Assembly: GCA_965227515.1 (NCBI GenBank)
Contig: CBDDFZ010000001.1
Span: forward strand, 1,472,001 to 1,536,000
Direction of reading: 5' to 3'
DNA from: Alphaproteobacteria bacterium
GTDB lineage: Bacteria > Pseudomonadota > Alphaproteobacteria > CALKHQ01
Length of the DNA stretch: 64,000 bases
The position numbers and the translations under genes were made by a program. Position 1 is the stretch's first letter. Each line of letters begins with the position of its first letter. The notes beneath the pieces were generated by a model. The model did no database searches and had not been told where the DNA came from. It was given only the letters and a program-made list of their open reading frames with translations. Below, piece after piece: positions 60,705 to 64,000 of the stretch.

Positions 60705-61838
60705 TTATAGGCCCTGCACCTTCACCGGGTGCAGGTCGTCGTCGAAGATCGCGAGGTCGGCGGAATAGCCGGGCGCGATGCGGCCGTAGCGGCGGTCCAG
60801 CCCCATGAAGCGCGCCGGGGTGGCGGCGGCCATGCGCAGAGCATCGTCCAGCGGCACGCCGACTTGGGTCGCCATGTGGCGCACCGCCCACATCATGTCC
60901 AGGATCGAGCCGCCGATGGTGCCGTCCGCGTTGGCGGCCAGACCGCCGCGCACCGTGATCTCCTGGCCGGCGACCGTGAACGACGTCATGTCGGTGCCGA
61001 CCGGGGGCATCGCGTCGGTGATCAGCATCAGGCCATCCGTACCCTTTGCGGCATAGGCGACCCGCAACATCTCGTCGGCGACATGGTGCCCGTCGGCAAT
61101 GATGCCGGCGGTGACTTGGGGCTCGGCCAGGGCTGCGCCGATCAGGCCGGGCACGCGCGCACTCGCCCCGCTCATGGCGTTGTAGAGGTGGGTGATGCCG
61201 GACAGCCCATGCGCGACGGCGGTCGCCAGCCTGGCGGGAGTCGCCATGCTGTGGCCGGCCGAGACCCGCGCGCCGGCCTGCACCAGTGCCGCGATGTCGG
61301 CATCGTCGACCATCTCCGGCGCCAGGGTCACCAGCGCGGCGGCGCCGGAGTCCACCACCTTGCGCACCAGCTCGGTCAGGTGCGGATCGAATGGTGTCAT
61401 CAGATTGGGGTCGTGGATGCCGGCCTTGGCCGGGTTCAGGTGCGGCCCCTCCAGGTGGATGCCGGCGATGGTGCGATTGCCGGCGGTGCGCGCCGTCAAC
61501 ACGGCCTCGACCGCAGCCTCCATGATCTCGTACTGGTCGGTGATGATGGTCGCGAGCAGGGCGGCGGTGCCGAACCGGCGGTGGGCCGCCGCGATGCACG
61601 CCAGCGCACCGGTGGACGGGTCGTCGTTGAACAGCTTGCCGCCGCCGCCATTGGCCTGGACGTCGACGAAGCCGGGGGCGATATGCAACCCGTCCAGCTT
61701 GATCCGCCGCACGGCGGCCGGGACGTCTGCGGGCGGGACGACGGCCACGATGCTGCCGCGCGACACCCGCACCGCGAGGTCGGTCCGTGTCTCGGCGCCG
61801 GTGTGCACGACCGCGTCGATCAGGGCGTAGTCGTTCAT
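60705..61838 (-). CDS. nagA: N-acetylglucosamine-6-phosphate deacetylase
   Basis: PGFVDVQANG, HLEGP, TLAPE, GHS, THLYNAM, IIADGHH, ITDAM. Confidence 0.93.
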   Translation of the reverse strand: MNDYALIDAVVHTGAETRTDLAVRVSRGSIVAVVPPADVPAAVRRIKLDGLHIAPGFVDVQANGGGGKLFNDDPSTGALACIAAAHRRFGTAALLATIITDQYEIMEAAVEAVLTARTAGNRTIAGIHLEGPHLNPAKAGIHDPNLMTPFDPHLTELVRKVVDSGAAALVTLAPEMVDDADIAALVQAGARVSAGHSMATPARLATAVAHGLSGITHLYNAMSGASARVPGLIGAALAEPQVTAGIIADGHHVADEMLRVAYAAKGTDGLMLITDAMPPVGTDMTSFTVAGQEITVRGGLAANADGTIGGSILDMMWAVRHMATQVGVPLDDALRMAAATPARFMGLDRRYGRIAPGYSADLAIFDDDLHPVKVQGL

Positions 61839-61891
61839 GGTCCGCTCATGATCGGCTTCCGAGGACCGGCGCCATCCCCGGCCGGCTTCGG

Positions 61892-62416
61892 CTACGCGGC
61901 ACTCTTGGCGCTCTTGGTATTGCGGCAGTTGGGGCAGAGCCCGGTCAGTTCCACCACATGGCCCTGCAGCTCGAAGCCCGCGAGGTCGGCCATGTGGTCG
62001 AGCGCGGCATCGAGCGGACCTTCCTCGATTTCCGCGGCCTCGCCGCAGCCGCCGCAGATCAGGAAATGCGCCCGGTGGTGGGCCGACGGCTGGGCACACC
62101 CGACATAGGCGTTCAGGGTGTGGAGCTTGTGCACCAGGCCCGCGTCGGCCAGGAACTCCAGCGCGCGATAGACGGTCGGCGGGCCTGGCCGGCGCCCGTT
62201 TTCGGCCAGTTGGTCGAGCAGGTCGTAGGCGCCGACCGGGCGGTGCGACTGCCACACCAGCTCCAGCACCCGCCGGCGCAGGCTGGTCAGCCGGGCGCCC
62301 TGCTGGCGGCAGACGTCTTCGGCCTGGGCGATGGCGTCCGCCACGCAGCGCACGTGATCGTGGGCCGGATCGGGGAACCCGGCCTCGGCATTGACGTTAT
62401 CGGCAGGTGGCGTCAT
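61892..62416 (-). CDS. zur: Fur-family regulator, Zur-like (start could be 62428)
   Basis: HDHVRC, RLTSLRRRVL, PPTVYRALEFL, HFLICGGC, CPNC. Confidence 0.8.
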   Translation of the reverse strand: MTPPADNVNAEAGFPDPAHDHVRCVADAIAQAEDVCRQQGARLTSLRRRVLELVWQSHRPVGAYDLLDQLAENGRRPGPPTVYRALEFLADAGLVHKLHTLNAYVGCAQPSAHHRAHFLICGGCGEAAEIEEGPLDAALDHMADLAGFELQGHVVELTGLCPNCRNTKSAKSAA

Positions 62417-62622
62417 GCGCGCCGCCATGTGGTCATGATCGTGAGCATAGTCCTGCGAAGTATAGGGCCGAGCGGCGGCGAAGTCGCCAGTGTCGGTCTC
62501 GATCGCGCATGACGAACGCCAACGCCGGTTGATGGACTGGTCTATCCGCCATATCCCACTTAGTGTGGCGTCCATAGGCCACGCAAAGAACGCAAACGAA
62601 TTTGGCATGCTGGGGGTTTGAA

Positions 62623-63153
62623 ATGCATCGGTTGTTAACGCGGCGGGGATTCGCGCGGCAGGCCATGGGCCTGGCGGCAACGCTGAGCGCATCGGGCGGC
62701 ATGGCTGGGCTGGCCGGGCGGGCACAGGCCGCCGAAGCCTGGCAGACCGCGCCGTTCATGCTGGGCAACGGCAGCATCGTGACCCTGGAGCAGTTCATCG
62801 GCCAGCCGGTGCTGCTGAACTTCTGGGCCACATGGTGCATTCCGTGCCGCACCGAGATGCCGTCGCTGGACGAGTTGCAGGCCGCCTTCGGCGGTCACCT
62901 TACGGTCATGACCCTGTCGGTCGATACCGGCGGCATCCCGCAGATCCAGGACTATTACGCCCAGTACGAGCTGACCAACCTGGGCATCTTTCACGACAAC
63001 ACCGGGGCCATGGCGACAGCCTTCGGCATCACCAGCTATCCGACCACCTATCTGATCGACCGCTATGGCAACGTCGCCGGCGTCTATGCCCGGGCGTTCG
63101 ACTGGTCGTCCACGGTGGCGAAGGCAACGGTCGCGGCCATCGTGCAGCGTTGA
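62623..63153 (+). CDS. TlpA-family thioredoxin-like disulfide reductase
   Basis: LNFWATWCIPC..EMPSL, YPTT; TRRGF Tat-like signal. Confidence 0.9.
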   Translation: MHRLLTRRGFARQAMGLAATLSASGGMAGLAGRAQAAEAWQTAPFMLGNGSIVTLEQFIGQPVLLNFWATWCIPCRTEMPSLDELQAAFGGHLTVMTLSVDTGGIPQIQDYYAQYELTNLGIFHDNTGAMATAFGITSYPTTYLIDRYGNVAGVYARAFDWSSTVAKATVAAIVQR

Positions 63154-63166
63154 CGGGCGTTCAACG

Positions 63167-64000
63167 ATGACCGGAACTGCAGGCGCGGCGGGCGACGATC
63201 CGTATCTCTGGCTTGAGGAGATCGACGGCGCGCGTGCCCTGGACTGGGTGCGCGCCGAGAACGCGCGCAGCTTGGCGGTGCTGGAGGCCGATCCCCGCTT
63301 CGCCACCATCCACGCCCAGGCGCGCGACATCCATACCGCCAAGGACCGCATCCCCTACGGCCGCGCCATCGACGGCCTGGTGCACAATTTCTGGCGCGAC
63401 GAGGCCCATGTGCGCGGCCTGCTTCGCTGCGCGCCGCTGGATGAGTATCGCAAGGCGTCGCCGGACTGGCGCACGGTCATCGATATCGATGCACTGGCCG
63501 AAGCCGAGGGCGAGAACTGGGTCTATGCCGGCCGCGACTTCCTGCCGGGGGACCCGCAGCGCTTCATGATCAGCCTGTCGCGCGGCGGCGGCGATGCCGT
63601 GGTGCTGCGCGAGTACAACGGTCTTGCGGGCGGATTTGTGGAGGGTGGGTTCATGCTGCCCGAGGGCAAGCAGACCGCGGCCTGGGTCGATGCCGACCGC
63701 CTGCTCGTGGCGTCGGAGCACGGCGGCGGCACCCTCAATACGTCGGGCTATCCGAACCGGGTGCGTGCCTGGTCGCGCGGCGCCCCGTTCGAGAATGCCG
63801 CGCTGGTGTGCGAGGCGCCGGAGGACGAAGCGTTCCTGTGGCCGATCACTCTGCGCCGGCCGGAGGGCACCTATCACTTCGTGCTGCGCAAGCCGGACGG
63901 CTACAGCCAGATCCTGTTCCTGCTCGACCCGGACCTGAACCCGGTGCGGCTCGACGTGCCGCAGGACAGCGAGTTCGAGGGCGTGCTCGGCGGCCAGATG
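63167..64000 (+). CDS. Prolyl oligopeptidase (S9A), N-terminal part, runs off window
   Basis: DDPYLWLEEID..ALDWVRAEN, NFWRD..HVRG, LSRGGGDA, SGYP. Confidence 0.85.
   Translation, partial: MTGTAGAAGDDPYLWLEEIDGARALDWVRAENARSLAVLEADPRFATIHAQARDIHTAKDRIPYGRAIDGLVHNFWRDEAHVRGLLRCAPLDEYRKASPDWRTVIDIDALAEAEGENWVYAGRDFLPGDPQRFMISLSRGGGDAVVLREYNGLAGGFVEGGFMLPEGKQTAAWVDADRLLVASEHGGGTLNTSGYPNRVRAWSRGAPFENAALVCEAPEDEAFLWPITLRRPEGTYHFVLRKPDGYSQILFLLDPDLNPVRLDVPQDSEFEGVLGGQM

Overview
High-GC alphaproteobacterial chromosome segment (Rhodospirillales-like; inferred from gene order and protein signatures). Positions 1-27.9 kb are core machinery: 3' end of rpoB, rpoC, a two-gene insert of secreted acidic proteins, then the str (rpsL-rpsG-fusA-tuf), S10, spc (ending secY-adk) and alpha (rpsM-rpsK-rpoA-rplQ) clusters. 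Positions 28-47 kb are accessory: a RelE/ParE-like domain fused to a UvrD helicase converging on a large signal-less S8 protease, a TRAP transporter, and a more AT-rich patch (38.5-44.1 kb). That patch holds a beta-propeller/M23/RTX fusion, an orphan protein, two convergent membrane proteins sharing an N-terminal MANG anchor (one with collagen plus tail-collar-like domains), a perfect CRP-type box and a candidate multi-hairpin sRNA/leader peptide. Positions 47-64 kb are mostly metabolic and repair genes (two PhyH, Gfo/Idh/MocA, patatin, ALDH7, acyl-CoA ligase, hemB, Lhr-like helicase, nagA, Zur-like regulator, TlpA, prolyl oligopeptidase). At least five families of short palindromic intergenic elements occur, several bracketing single genes. 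I found no tRNA, rRNA, CRISPR array, transposase or integrase. All calls come from reading the sequence by eye; no searches were run.
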